A DNA stretch of 64,000 bases from the IMG/VR virus record IMGVR_UViG_3300005512_000002, positions 1-64,000 of that record, one strand, 5' to 3'. Each line of letters opens with the position of its first letter. The stretch's first letter is position 1. Source of the DNA: a virus (Duplodnaviria; Heunggongvirae; Uroviricota; Caudoviricetes). The translations under genes were made by a program, and so were the position numbers. Below, one piece after another: positions 1 through 8,202 of this stretch. The notes beneath the pieces are model-generated. The model ran no database searches. It was given only the letters and a program-made list of their open reading frames with translations, and was not told the DNA's origin.

Positions 1-60
1 GTGCCCCCGCCCCCGGAACCCCCGGAACCCCCGGAACCCCCGGAATCCCCGGAAGCCCCG
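1..60 (+). repeat. Tandem CCCCGGAAC/CCCCGGAAG nonamer array (5 units) at window edge
   Basis: Direct reading: cccccggaacccccggaacccccggaacccccggaatccccggaagcccc; same motif family recurs >30x in window. Confidence 0.7.
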
Positions 61-204
61 GGGGTCGCCGCCGAGCGGTCACCATCAAGTAGCACCCAAC
101 CCAACACTAAGGTACCCACCTGGAACAACCGATCACACACCATGGCTATCACCCTCGCACCCCGCACGCAGAAAAACACCCCCGTGAGCCCCGTCAACCC
201 CAAC

Positions 205-260
205 CCGCGTCACGGCAGCACCGCAGGTGCGCCTGGCGGCGCGACCGCTAAGCAGCCGCC
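205..260 (+). repeat. Composite upstream repeat copy R1 (CGCGTCACGGCAGCACCGCAGGTGCG...GCGACCGCTAAGCAGCCG)
   Basis: Near-identical copies at 4866-4960, 5688-5752, 14766-14840 (+) and 16335-16425, 39669-39723, 43570-43657 (-); degenerate copy 38866-38930. Confidence 0.7.
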
Positions 261-328
261 CCAGCCGCCCGCACACGCCATCCACCTGCCGGCGTTCGCC
301 AAGGACGGCAGCCGGCTGGCCAAGGACA

Positions 329-1278
329 TGCTCCTGGCCCGCCTGGTGGTCCGCTGCCCGGACTTCGCCTGCAAGATCCAGGGCGGCACCGTCTCGGCCG
401 CCGGCCACGAGATCAAGGGCAAGCACAGCATCGGTCGCTACCGCTACGACGTGGGCGCCGAGATCTTCGCGGACCTGACCACCAACAAGACCAGGATCGA
501 CGCCGTGCTGCACCAGTTCTCGGTGGTGGACGCCGAGGACGGCTTCCGCATGGTGCCCATGGAGAAGCGCGAGGACCTCTTGAAGGCCCTGGAGCCGCTG
601 ATCCAGAAGCGCATGGGCTACGGCCAGTGGCTCGATGAGCACTGGTTCAGCACCATCGTCCCGGCCATCCAGGCCGAGCATCCCGACCACTTCGAGTACA
701 TCCTGCAGCGGGCGGTCACCCCGCCGTTCGAGCCCCGGCTGGAAGTCGTGCTCAGCATGCGGCCCCTGGGCGTGCTGGGGCCCAACGACTTCGACTGGGA
801 CAAGCTCACCCCCAAGGAACGCGAACGCTGCATCCAGCGGATGCGCCAGCAGGCCGACGACCTGGCCCGCGAGCGGGTGCAGAAGATCTTCGACGGGTTG
901 CTCAACCCGATCGCCGATCTGGCCGTCGAGATCAACGGCCAGAAGCCCAATCCCAAGTTCAACCCCGACCAGCCCGAGGGCCCCAAGAACCGCAAGTTCC
1001 TGCCCGGCATCGGCGATGATGGCAAGAAGGCCACCGTGCTCGATCGCATGTTCCGCGAACTCGACCGGCTCTTGAACTTCAAGAGCTTCCTGACCCCGGA
1101 ACTGGTCAACCAGGTCGAGCAGGCCCGCACCAACGTCTCCCAGGCCGGCGGCAGCCTCGATCGGGTCAAGGCCAGCGCCACGATCAAACAGGCGATTCTC
1201 GCCAGCTTCAACTCCGTGGCGGCCACCATGCGCCAGCAGTCCGAGGCCGCCCAGCAGCACGCGCGACCCGTCTCGTGA
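329..1278 (+). CDS. Hypothetical protein (start uncertain; ORF frame open from nt 1 through the repeat)
   Basis: Long ORF 1-1278, 316 aa from ATG 329; no recognisable motif; N-terminal extension would be translation of repeat DNA. Confidence 0.4.
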
Positions 1279-1322
1279 AACACGAGACGGGATGCGAAGG
1301 CGCAAGCGTACTACCATCACCC

Positions 1323-1907
1323 ATGGGCAACGCAGACCATCCGACCTCGCCGAAGAAAAACTTCCGGGGGAGTCTGGGGTTCGAGCGCACGGTCTCCACC
1401 GCCTTCGAGGACGTGCTCTACTGCAAGTTCATGCCCGGGTTCCTGCTGGCCGAGGATATCGAGCCCCTGACGCTGCACCTGGGCTATACCAACCCCATCC
1501 AGATGGCCAAGGACCACCTGGTGGCCTCGCCCGGCTCGACGGTCGTGAAAGACGGCGCCATCCACCGCCTGGGGACCCTGGTACCGGCCCGTGCTCCCAT
1601 CGGGAGCACGGGCCAGCTTGCGTTTGGCGAGTCTTCACAGGGCCCGTGCAAGTTCCTGGACCGCAACGACCGCTGTATCATCCACGCGCAGGCGCCCTGG
1701 GCCTGCGCTTTCTGCGACTCGATCATGTCCAAGGCCGAAGGCGATCGCCGAACCCTGGCGGCCAACATCGAGTTGTGGAAGTCCTGGCACGGCCGGGCAG
1801 ACGGCTACGCCGACCTGTGGCAGATCCTGTGGACCATGGGCCGGCGCGGGATCGCCCCGCGACTGTCCCGGGCCCGCATCCTCGCCGCCCTCAAGCAACG
1901 GGGATAA
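1323..1907 (+). CDS. Hypothetical Cys/His-containing protein (start uncertain)
   Basis: ORF 1275-1907; CIIHAQAPWACAFCDS cysteine cluster; contains CTTCCGGGGG motif near 5' end. Confidence 0.35.
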   Translation: MGNADHPTSPKKNFRGSLGFERTVSTAFEDVLYCKFMPGFLLAEDIEPLTLHLGYTNPIQMAKDHLVASPGSTVVKDGAIHRLGTLVPARAPIGSTGQLAFGESSQGPCKFLDRNDRCIIHAQAPWACAFCDSIMSKAEGDRRTLAANIELWKSWHGRADGYADLWQILWTMGRRGIAPRLSRARILAALKQRG

Positions 1908-2001
1908 GCCCTAAGAACCCAACACCAAAAAAGTTTCCCGCCAAACCGCAAGCGTGGAAGATGGTCGCTTGCGCCTGCACATCATCTTGGTGAGATATCC
2001 C

Positions 2002-3147
2002 ATGAGCATCAGCTTCACCACCACCACACCCAGTGTAACGACTGCACCGTCAGGTTCGCCCTCGTCGCCACCGCCCAGCCCTGCGGCGCCCGCCCCCGGC
2101 GGGCTCACCGAGCAGGAACTGGAACAGCGCCGCCGCTACATCGGGGCCAGCGAGGTTCCGGTGATCGTTTTGGGCGACAGCTATCCGTGGCGCCGCTACT
2201 TCAACCAGCTAAGCCTCTACCGCCAGAAGCTGGGCCTGGAAACGCCCCGGCCCCGCACCGCCGCCACCGACGCGGGCCTGTGGCTGGAAGACTCGCTGAT
2301 CCGCTTCGCCTACCACACCGTGGGCAAGGGCAATCGCAAGCACCGCCGGGTCACCCATCCCAACGGGGTCATGCAGGCCACCCTCGATGCTAAAGTTCCA
2401 GCACAACGTCGGGTCCTGGAACTGAAAAGTGTCGGCGAGACTTCGGTGCGTTGGCCCCGCGAACGCTGGGGGCATCCCGACCAAGTCGTCACCGGGCCCG
2501 ACCAGTGCAGCCCGTGTCTGGGCTTCGACCCGCATGGCGGCCCAGTGTTCGGCGAAGGCGTTGTTCCCATCGAGTATTACTGGCAGGTCATCGCCCAGGT
2601 GGCCTGTATCAACGCACGCGGAGCGGTGCTGGCCCAGCAGCACGGCAAGCCGTTTATCCCTTATCTGGGCGGCTACCTCGCCGCCCACCTGCCCGGCACC
2701 CATCAGCCCTACCGCCTCTACACCATCGACGCACTGCCCGAACACGTCAGCTTCGTCGAGAACACGGTCTGCGACTGGTACGAGCAGCACCTGGTCAACC
2801 AGGTCGCCCCGGACATGGTGATGACCGTCGGTTCGTTCCTGAACAGTGTGCTCGCCGACGACACCGCCGAGGTGCCCGACGACCTGTTCGAGGCCGTGCT
2901 GCCGCTGCGACAGCAGCGCTCCGAGCACGAACGGCGTTCCCGCCAGTTGGAAAAGCAGATCAAGGAGCACGAAGCCGCCATCTGGCAGGCCGCCGGCAAC
3001 GTCAAGCGGGTCACCTGCCCCGCCGGCCACGTGGCCGAACGGGTTGCCCGCCACCGCAAGGCCATGGCCGCCAGCACCTACCAGCAGACCGTCTACTACG
3101 CCCCGCCCCTCGGGGATCAGCCAGACACCGACGACACGCAGGAGTAA
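2002..3147 (+). CDS. YqaJ-like viral recombinase-associated exonuclease (lambda Exo-like PD-(D/E)XK)
   Basis: YIGASEVPVIVLGDSYPWRRYFNQLSLYRQKLG matches the YqaJ N-terminal motif; ELK acidic/Lys motif; GGTGAG RBS before ATG 2002. Confidence 0.7.
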   Translation: MSISFTTTTPSVTTAPSGSPSSPPPSPAAPAPGGLTEQELEQRRRYIGASEVPVIVLGDSYPWRRYFNQLSLYRQKLGLETPRPRTAATDAGLWLEDSLIRFAYHTVGKGNRKHRRVTHPNGVMQATLDAKVPAQRRVLELKSVGETSVRWPRERWGHPDQVVTGPDQCSPCLGFDPHGGPVFGEGVVPIEYYWQVIAQVACINARGAVLAQQHGKPFIPYLGGYLAAHLPGTHQPYRLYTIDALPEHVSFVENTVCDWYEQHLVNQVAPDMVMTVGSFLNSVLADDTAEVPDDLFEAVLPLRQQRSEHERRSRQLEKQIKEHEAAIWQAAGNVKRVTCPAGHVAERVARHRKAMAASTYQQTVYYAPPLGDQPDTDDTQE

Positions 3148-3150
3148 ACC

Positions 3151-4101
3151 ATGAGCACCCCCGGAAATCAGCCCATCCAGTTCAACCGACCGAATCGCAC
3201 GCACAACACCCAGCCCCGCAGCTTCACCCCGGAGCGACCCGCCACCTCGCCGCCCGCCGCCAAACCGCAAGCGACGCCGCAAGCCTCGCCGCAAGAGCAG
3301 GTGCACGAAGGAACCGGGCGCGGCCCGGCCAAGTGGAAGCAGCGCCCCAACGAAAGCTGCACGCCGAAAGAAATCCTGGAACTGCTGGCCAGGTACCAGG
3401 CCCGCATCCAGGAACTGATCCCGCCGCAGGTCACCCTCACCGCCGCGCGGCTCATTCGGCGGATCGAGGTCCAACTTCGCCGCAATCGGGAACTGGGCCT
3501 GTGCACTCCGTCCAGCGTGGTGACCACCGTCGGGGCCGCCGCCGCCATGGGCCTGGATATCTGCGACGGCCAGGTGTCCGTGCGCATCAACTGCGCCCGC
3601 CATGAAAGCGAGATCGTGTTTCGCTACGCCAGTCCGATCGTGGCGTATCCCGGCCTTCTCCTGATCGCGGCACGCAACGGCTTTGCCATCTCCGCCCAGG
3701 CCGTGCACGAGCACGACCAGTTCGAGTTCGGACACGAGGGCGATCAGTACCACGTGCACTGGCGGCGGGCCCTCGACCAGAAAGGCAAGCTGATCGGGGC
3801 CTTCGCCAAGTTCTCCGACAAGGCCTCCGGGCACATGGTGCACGTGGAGTTCATGGACGCCCAGCAGATCGACCAGGTCGCCGGCGATCCCAAGTACCGC
3901 AGTGCCACCTGGAGTGCCTGGCCGACCGAGCTATGGAGAAAGTCACCCATTCGCAGGGGTTTCAAGATGCTGCCGGCATTGTCCGACAGTCTCAAGGTGG
4001 CCATCCAGGTCACCCAGCAGGATGAGACCGGCGAACCGCTGGACGACCTGCTGGACCTGTACCCGGAAGCTCACCCGGAAGATGGCGACGACTTGACTTG
4101 A
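3151..4101 (+). CDS. recT: RecT-family single-strand annealing protein
   Basis: CTPSSVVTTVGAAAAMGLDI, YPGLLLIAARNGF, AVHEHDQFEF, WSAWPTELWRKSPIRRGFKMLP match RecT (PF03837) blocks; immediately follows the YqaJ exonuclease. Confidence 0.65.
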   Translation: MSTPGNQPIQFNRPNRTHNTQPRSFTPERPATSPPAAKPQATPQASPQEQVHEGTGRGPAKWKQRPNESCTPKEILELLARYQARIQELIPPQVTLTAARLIRRIEVQLRRNRELGLCTPSSVVTTVGAAAAMGLDICDGQVSVRINCARHESEIVFRYASPIVAYPGLLLIAARNGFAISAQAVHEHDQFEFGHEGDQYHVHWRRALDQKGKLIGAFAKFSDKASGHMVHVEFMDAQQIDQVAGDPKYRSATWSAWPTELWRKSPIRRGFKMLPALSDSLKVAIQVTQQDETGEPLDDLLDLYPEAHPEDGDDLT

Positions 4102-4210
4102 TCCTGGTGCTGGCGCAGGATATGGCCGGGGCCCGGAGTTCTTTGGGAAGGTGCCGCCGGCACTGGCTCCGGACCCGGCTCGTATCCACTTCGCCAAGGA
4201 GTCTGCTCCC

Positions 4211-5194
4211 ATGACAGCGGACACTGTCGTAAGCCCCGACATACGACCCGAGCAGGAAGCTCAAGACGACCAGGACATCCACGTCATCGCTGACAGCAAG
4301 TCCGGGCGCTTCTGGAGTGCCCAGCGACAACGCTTCGTGCGTCAGCACTTTTACGCCACCGAGTACCGGGACCCCAGGCAGGCAGCCGGCACCGCCAAGC
4401 GACTCGCACAACACTGGGGTCACAACAGCAAGGGATACACACCGGGAGCAACCAAGTCACCCGACCTGGTCGTGCTGCATCGCAGACAGATCCAGAACTT
4501 CCTCGATCGCCAGCAACGCACGGACAAAGTCACCATGCAGAGCACACCGCAGCCCGGGCACGCCGGCTCGCCGTTCACCGCCCAGCAACTACACGAGATG
4601 GGCTACGTGGTGATCGACATCGACGACGGCACCTGCTACGGCGGGGCCCAGAACCCGCACTTCTACGCCGACTGGCAGCGGGCCCACGAATACAACCGGC
4701 TGGGCAACGCCACCAACGTACTGAGCAAGATCAACGACCCGACCCGCTTCGCCGTGGTCCGCACCGGCCACGCCCAACGCATCCGCCAGGCCCTGCTCGG
4801 GGCCAACGGCCGACGACCACAGATCCAGGTGCTCGACCCCGACCGCGTGCACATCCACACCCCACCCCCGCCCCCGGAAGCCCCGGAAACTCCCCGCGTA
4901 ACGGCAGCACCGCCAGATGCGCCTGCCGGCGCGACCACCAAGCCGCCCCCGGAAGCCCCACAAGCACGCCCGGACACCGCCAGGGCCCTGGAGAAACTCG
5001 CCGAAGCGGTCAACCAGTACGCCACCGCCCACCAGCAACTGGCCCAGGCCCGGGAACAACTCCAGCAATACGCCGAGTCCCTGCGGCACAACCTGCACAA
5101 ACTCGAAGACGAGACCCTGGCACTGGGCCTGCAAGTCGAAGAAGCCGACACAGCCCTGAAACAAAGCCTGATCAAGGTCCCGGACAAACCATGA
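4211..5194 (+). CDS. Hypothetical protein with repeat-derived Pro/Ala linker and C-terminal coiled coil
   Basis: AAGGAG RBS 9 nt before ATG 4211; repeat copy R2 read through in-frame (PPPPEAPETPRVTAAPPDAPAGATTKPPPEAP); C-terminal heptad-rich segment. Confidence 0.5.
   Translation: MTADTVVSPDIRPEQEAQDDQDIHVIADSKSGRFWSAQRQRFVRQHFYATEYRDPRQAAGTAKRLAQHWGHNSKGYTPGATKSPDLVVLHRRQIQNFLDRQQRTDKVTMQSTPQPGHAGSPFTAQQLHEMGYVVIDIDDGTCYGGAQNPHFYADWQRAHEYNRLGNATNVLSKINDPTRFAVVRTGHAQRIRQALLGANGRRPQIQVLDPDRVHIHTPPPPPEAPETPRVTAAPPDAPAGATTKPPPEAPQARPDTARALEKLAEAVNQYATAHQQLAQAREQLQQYAESLRHNLHKLEDETLALGLQVEEADTALKQSLIKVPDKP
4866..4960 (+). repeat. Composite repeat copy R2 embedded in-frame in a CDS
   Basis: cccgcccccggaagccccggaaactccccgcgtaacggcagcaccgccagatgcgcctgccggcgcgaccaccaagccgcccccggaagcccc. 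Confidence 0.65.
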
Positions 5195-5688
5195 GCCACG
5201 TCACCCGCATCAAGATGAAGATCAAGAGCCTCGACGCCCTCAAGGCCGCCGTCGCCCGCTTCGAGAACCTGGAATGGCGCGAGGGTAAGAAGACCCACAA
5301 CTGGTGGGGCAGATTTCAAGGCGACTACAACGACGGAACCATCCGTCCCGACCAGATGGGCAAGTGCGACCACGCCATCGCCCTGACGGGATCACCCTGG
5401 CTGGACCACGCCGACCGCAGCCAGCCCTACGAGGTCGGTGTCTGCGCCGAGCCCGACGGCACCTGGCGGCTGCAACTGGACTTCTACAGCGGCGGCCGGG
5501 GCCTGTGCTCCGTGGTGGGCGAGAAGTGCCAGAAGCTCAAGCACGCCTACGCCCTGGAGTATGCCAAGGAGAAGCTCAGCACGCAGATCGGGGCCGGCTG
5601 GCGGGTCACCGAGGTCCCCCAGGAAGACGGCAGTGTCAACCTGGAGGTCAGCGAGTCGGCCGGCAGTATCGCCGCCGGCTGGAGATAG
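5191..5688 (+). CDS. DUF1257 family protein (Ycf35-like)
   Basis: N-terminus MSHVTRIKMKIKSLDALKAAVARF matches the DUF1257 signature MSHF..IKTKIKD...L..AL; ATGA overlap with upstream gene. Confidence 0.6.
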   Translation: MSHVTRIKMKIKSLDALKAAVARFENLEWREGKKTHNWWGRFQGDYNDGTIRPDQMGKCDHAIALTGSPWLDHADRSQPYEVGVCAEPDGTWRLQLDFYSGGRGLCSVVGEKCQKLKHAYALEYAKEKLSTQIGAGWRVTEVPQEDGSVNLEVSESAGSIAAGWR

Positions 5689-5752
5689 CCCCGGCGTTGC
5701 CGCGTCACGGCAGCACCGACAGGTGCGACTGCCGATGCGACCGCTAAGCCAA
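5688..5752 (+). repeat. Composite repeat copy R3 immediately upstream of the DUF2997 gene
   Basis: ccgcgtcacggcagcaccgacaggtgcgactgccgatgcgaccgctaagcc followed by AAGGAG RBS and ATG 5766. Confidence 0.65.
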
Positions 5753-5765
5753 GGAGCAACCACAG

Positions 5766-5963
5766 ATGCGTAAAATCATCGTTCACGTCCCGGCCGACCC
5801 GGAAGAAGACACCGTCACCGTCACCACCGAGGGCTTCGACGGCCCGGCGTGCCTGGAGGCCACCGCCGAACTGGAACGGGCCCTGGGCGACACTGTCGCC
5901 GAGGAACGCACCCCCGAGTTCTACGAACGCCAGGACGACATCCGTCTGGCACAGGAAAGATAG
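5766..5963 (+). CDS. DUF2997 family small protein
   Basis: MRKIIVHVPADPEEDTVTVTTEGFDGPACLEATAELERALG...TPEFY matches the DUF2997 pattern (kveG..G..C.e....le..lG....e.TpEYY); partner of DUF1257. Confidence 0.6.
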   Translation: MRKIIVHVPADPEEDTVTVTTEGFDGPACLEATAELERALGDTVAEERTPEFYERQDDIRLAQER

Positions 5964-6024
5964 CCGCCAAACCGCAAGCGACACCCACAATCCACGCTTG
6001 CGCCTCCACATTCGGGAATCTCCC

Positions 6025-6297
6025 ATGATCGCACGTACCACCCTCAAGATCCATCCCGACGGCCAGATCGAGTTTATTCACGACGATGAGCTTGTCGAGA
6101 TGTTCCAGGACGCCATCGCCGACCAGCACACCACCCGTGCTTCCCACGTCGAGCCCAGCCAGACCAGCCCCGGCACCTGGGACGCGGACTTGTCGCCGGT
6201 GGGTGGTCCGCTGCTGTGCGGATTTGCCAAGCGGCAAGCCGCCCTCCAGGCGGAAGTCGCCTGGCTCAACGCCCATTACCTGCACATATCATCGTAA
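6025..6297 (+). CDS. Hypothetical protein
   Basis: ORF 5998-6297, ATG at 6025; preceded by GCCAAACCGCAAGCG 15-mer and CGCAAGCG/GCTTGCG hairpin. Confidence 0.35.
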   Translation: MIARTTLKIHPDGQIEFIHDDELVEMFQDAIADQHTTRASHVEPSQTSPGTWDADLSPVGGPLLCGFAKRQAALQAEVAWLNAHYLHISS

Positions 6298-6334
6298 CCG
6301 ACATCGCATCCAGCACCCTTCACAAGGAGACCCC

Positions 6335-6835
6335 ATGCCACGACCCAAGAACCTGATCCCCAAGATGCGTACCGCCCAGGACCTGGTCAAGTTCCTCCAG
6401 GACCTCAAGCACCGCCGCGAACAGGCCCTCCAGCAGGTCCACGAGATCGACCAGGTCTTCGCCAGCTTGCAGACGCTGGACCTGACGGACCACCAGCACC
6501 AGACCAGAACCAACGCCAAGCCGCAAGCGAGAACCCGCACCACCCGGGGGGATAAGGCCAAAGCCTACCGCGTGAAGAAAAAACGGGCGTTCAGCAAGGC
6601 CCAGGCCCGCAACACCCCCGGAAGCAACCGCACCACCGGCCGTGAGTTTGTGCTCACGTTCCTCAAGCGTTCGGGCCCGGCCAACACCAAGGCCATCACC
6701 GGTGCCTGGCGCAAGGCCCGCCGGTCCGCCCGGCCCGACCAGGCCATCAAGACCCTGGTGGACAGCGGCCTGGTCGCCAAGAAGAACGACCCCGAGACCA
6801 AGGGTTCGCTGTACACCCTGGCGGAAAAGAAATAA
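6335..6835 (+). CDS. Hypothetical basic protein, possible DNA-binding
   Basis: AAGGAG RBS 5 nt before ATG 6335; Lys/Arg-rich middle; contains GCCAAGCCGCAAGCG 15-mer variant. Confidence 0.45.
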   Translation: MPRPKNLIPKMRTAQDLVKFLQDLKHRREQALQQVHEIDQVFASLQTLDLTDHQHQTRTNAKPQARTRTTRGDKAKAYRVKKKRAFSKAQARNTPGSNRTTGREFVLTFLKRSGPANTKAITGAWRKARRSARPDQAIKTLVDSGLVAKKNDPETKGSLYTLAEKK

Positions 6836-6837
6836 CC

Positions 6838-7332
6838 ATGCAGCTACCCGAAGCATACATCTCCCCGCATCCGCAGGTGGACCGCCTGCTGCTCGATGTC
6901 AGCGACCACTTCACCACCGAGGGTCTGCTGCCCGGCCAGATGCTCTGCTTCTGGTGCGCCCGGCTGGACGATGGCAGCCTGGAAGTCCAGACCCGCAGCT
7001 ACGTGCTGCAAGATCAGGACGACAAGGGCAAGTCCGCCGACGCCATCCGGGAACTGGCTGCCAGGATCGAGCCGTTCGCCCTGGTGACCATGTCCGACGC
7101 GACACTCACCCTCGTCAGGCCCGACGGCACGCACGAGCAGACCGACGCGGTGATCTTCACCATCCAGGACTACCACCAGAACAAACCCCGCACCCAGCAG
7201 ATGATCGTGCCCTACCGCCAGGAGGTTCAGGACTCCAAGCTGACCCGGACCCTGGGCCAGCCGACGGTCGGACTGACCGGCGCGGGCATAGCGAGCCGCT
7301 GGCAGGACCTGCTGCCGCCCAAAGATAAGTGA
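6838..7332 (+). CDS. Hypothetical protein
   Basis: 164-aa ORF tightly packed after upstream stop. Confidence 0.45.
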   Translation: MQLPEAYISPHPQVDRLLLDVSDHFTTEGLLPGQMLCFWCARLDDGSLEVQTRSYVLQDQDDKGKSADAIRELAARIEPFALVTMSDATLTLVRPDGTHEQTDAVIFTIQDYHQNKPRTQQMIVPYRQEVQDSKLTRTLGQPTVGLTGAGIASRWQDLLPPKDK

Positions 7333-7955
7333 ACCCGCAGACCGCCCGGGTGCCGGGCCACTACGCGGCGGGGTGGAACTCCGCCGGCCCGGCCCCGGGC
7401 TTTTCACCCACCATCATGACCCGCAAAAAAGACACCTACCGCAAGCAGAAACCCATTGCCATGAGCCAGTGGGGCAAGGACCACTGGTCCACCCTGGCCT
7501 ACATCGAGTGCCGCTGCGTCGATCACGGCGGCGTGCCCGACCGCCGGCACATGAGGGCCAACCCCGAACTGCACCCGCAGTTCGCCCACATTGCCTGGGA
7601 AGACGACATCCCCACCCGGCGCAAGGGCGGCAAGCTCAAGCACAACCACGACGACTGGAGTTGCGTGGATGACATGGTCGCCGAGGGCCTGGTCCGCTGG
7701 TTGGGCACGGGCATGAACCCCGTGTTCAAGCTGACCGAGCGCGGCCTGGCCGTGTGCACCGCCATCCGCAAGCACAAGGCGTCCGGGGGTAACTTCGCCG
7801 GCTTCATCCCGCCCCCGGAAGACACCCTGCCGCCCCGGCCCGAGCCCCAGGATCAGGACGAGATCGACCTGCGCGAAGCCCTGCACCTGACCGCCGACGG
7901 CCATCCGGTGCACGGCTACGCAGGTCCCGCCGCACCACTGGGGCCCACGCCATGA
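7329..7955 (+). CDS. Hypothetical protein (GTG start overlapping the upstream stop; alternative ATG at 7416)
   Basis: ORF 7329-7955; Cys/His-containing (IECRCVDHGG). Confidence 0.4.
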   Translation: MNPQTARVPGHYAAGWNSAGPAPGFSPTIMTRKKDTYRKQKPIAMSQWGKDHWSTLAYIECRCVDHGGVPDRRHMRANPELHPQFAHIAWEDDIPTRRKGGKLKHNHDDWSCVDDMVAEGLVRWLGTGMNPVFKLTERGLAVCTAIRKHKASGGNFAGFIPPPEDTLPPRPEPQDQDEIDLREALHLTADGHPVHGYAGPAAPLGPTP

Positions 7956-8200
7956 AAATCTATAAGGTCAGCGTCCACGATCCCGACGAAGGAGCCTGTC
8001 TAAGCTGGCACGCCAGTCTGGCAGAGGCCAACAAGGCTCGCCGCAAGGCCAAGCACACCATCTACATGGCCACCCAAATCTGCAAGGACGCCCGGAGGGA
8101 CGCCGGTGAACCGTCCCACATCACCACCATGCAGATCCCCATGACCAAGCAGGGCCTGCTCGATTGGCTCAACAGCCACTTCACCCACGACAACGGTTAG
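7952..8200 (+). CDS. Hypothetical small protein
   Basis: ATGA overlap with the upstream gene; 82 aa. Confidence 0.4.
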   Translation: MKIYKVSVHDPDEGACLSWHASLAEANKARRKAKHTIYMATQICKDARRDAGEPSHITTMQIPMTKQGLLDWLNSHFTHDNG

Positions 8201-8202
8201 CC

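Noticed and set aside
1-60. Tandem short repeats (CCCCGGAAC x5; CCCCGGAAG x3 at 18403; CACGGAAGTT x3 at 50719) as a possible CRISPR array
   Set aside because: Units are 9-14 bp with no unique spacers of 25-40 bp and no cas genes, so this is not a CRISPR architecture.
133-1320. Long antisense and alternative-frame ORFs overlapping bona fide genes (e.g. 133-1320(-), 2209-3843(-), 8506-9612(-), 20855-22768(+), 51554-53335(-), 56052-58187(-))
   Set aside because: High-GC genomes generate long stop-free frames on all strands. These translate to low-complexity Ala/Gly/Arg/Pro-rich products with no motifs and overlap ORFs that carry clear family signatures.
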